From the NCBI RefSeq assembly GCF_004010195.1, contig NC_057750.1, positions 17,837,960 to 17,857,959 of the forward strand: DNA of 20,000 nt. Reading direction: 5' to 3'. Under the pieces are notes generated by a model, which did no database searches, had not been told where the DNA came from, and saw only the letters and a list, made by a program, of their open reading frames with translations. Source of the DNA: Chiloscyllium plagiosum (lineage: Eukaryota). Shown here piece by piece: positions 19,922 to 20,000 of the stretch (the first letter of the stretch is position 1; the number at the start of each line of letters is the position of its first letter). The translations under genes and the position numbers were made by a program.

Positions 19922-20000
19922 GGGGCGTGTGTAGTGGAGGAGGGGTGCACGGGGCGTGTGTGGTGGAGGGGAGGGTGCACGGGCGTGTGTGGTGGAGGGG
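19922..20000 (+). repeat. G-rich minisatellite, 29-30 bp unit (ggggcgtgtgtggtggaggggagggtgcac), runs off the window
   Basis: Units at 19922-19950, 19951-19980 and a partial unit at 19981-20000. Confidence 0.85.

Noticed and set aside
17912..20000. Search for the next TMEM87 exon (expected ALP.LLDSDEE-like)
   Set aside because: No matching phase-2 exon found; the AG at 18700-18701 leads to a stop after a few codons, so the exon probably lies beyond the window.

Overview
Vertebrate genomic DNA, most likely a shark or other cartilaginous fish judging from the repeat families (CR1/HER1-like LINEs, an HE1-like V-SINE, Deu-domain SINE remnants, Penelope-like remnants). The window lies inside one + strand gene of the TMEM87 (GOST seven-transmembrane) family. 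Seven exons (1505-1576, 6432-6540, 8704-8762, 10298-10401, 11778-11851, 15288-15349, 17859-17911) splice in phase into [177 protein letters not shown](V). Neither end of the gene is in the window. The first intron is a minor-spliceosome (U12) AT-AC intron. It contains a second, homologous copy of the upstream exon (about 4068-4136) that looks like the mutually exclusive partner exon in decay: a terminal TGG->TGA and a damaged U12 donor, with the same change creating a U2-like GT donor. The rest is mostly decayed retroelements, including a nested cluster (LINE interrupted by a solo LTR, a SINE and a Penelope-like fragment) and two fold-back Penelope-derived elements with 15-bp target-site duplications and hammerhead-ribozyme vestiges. 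Repeat family names and comparisons with human TMEM87 proteins come from recall, not from a database search. Most ORFs in the supplied track are spurious or retroelement debris.
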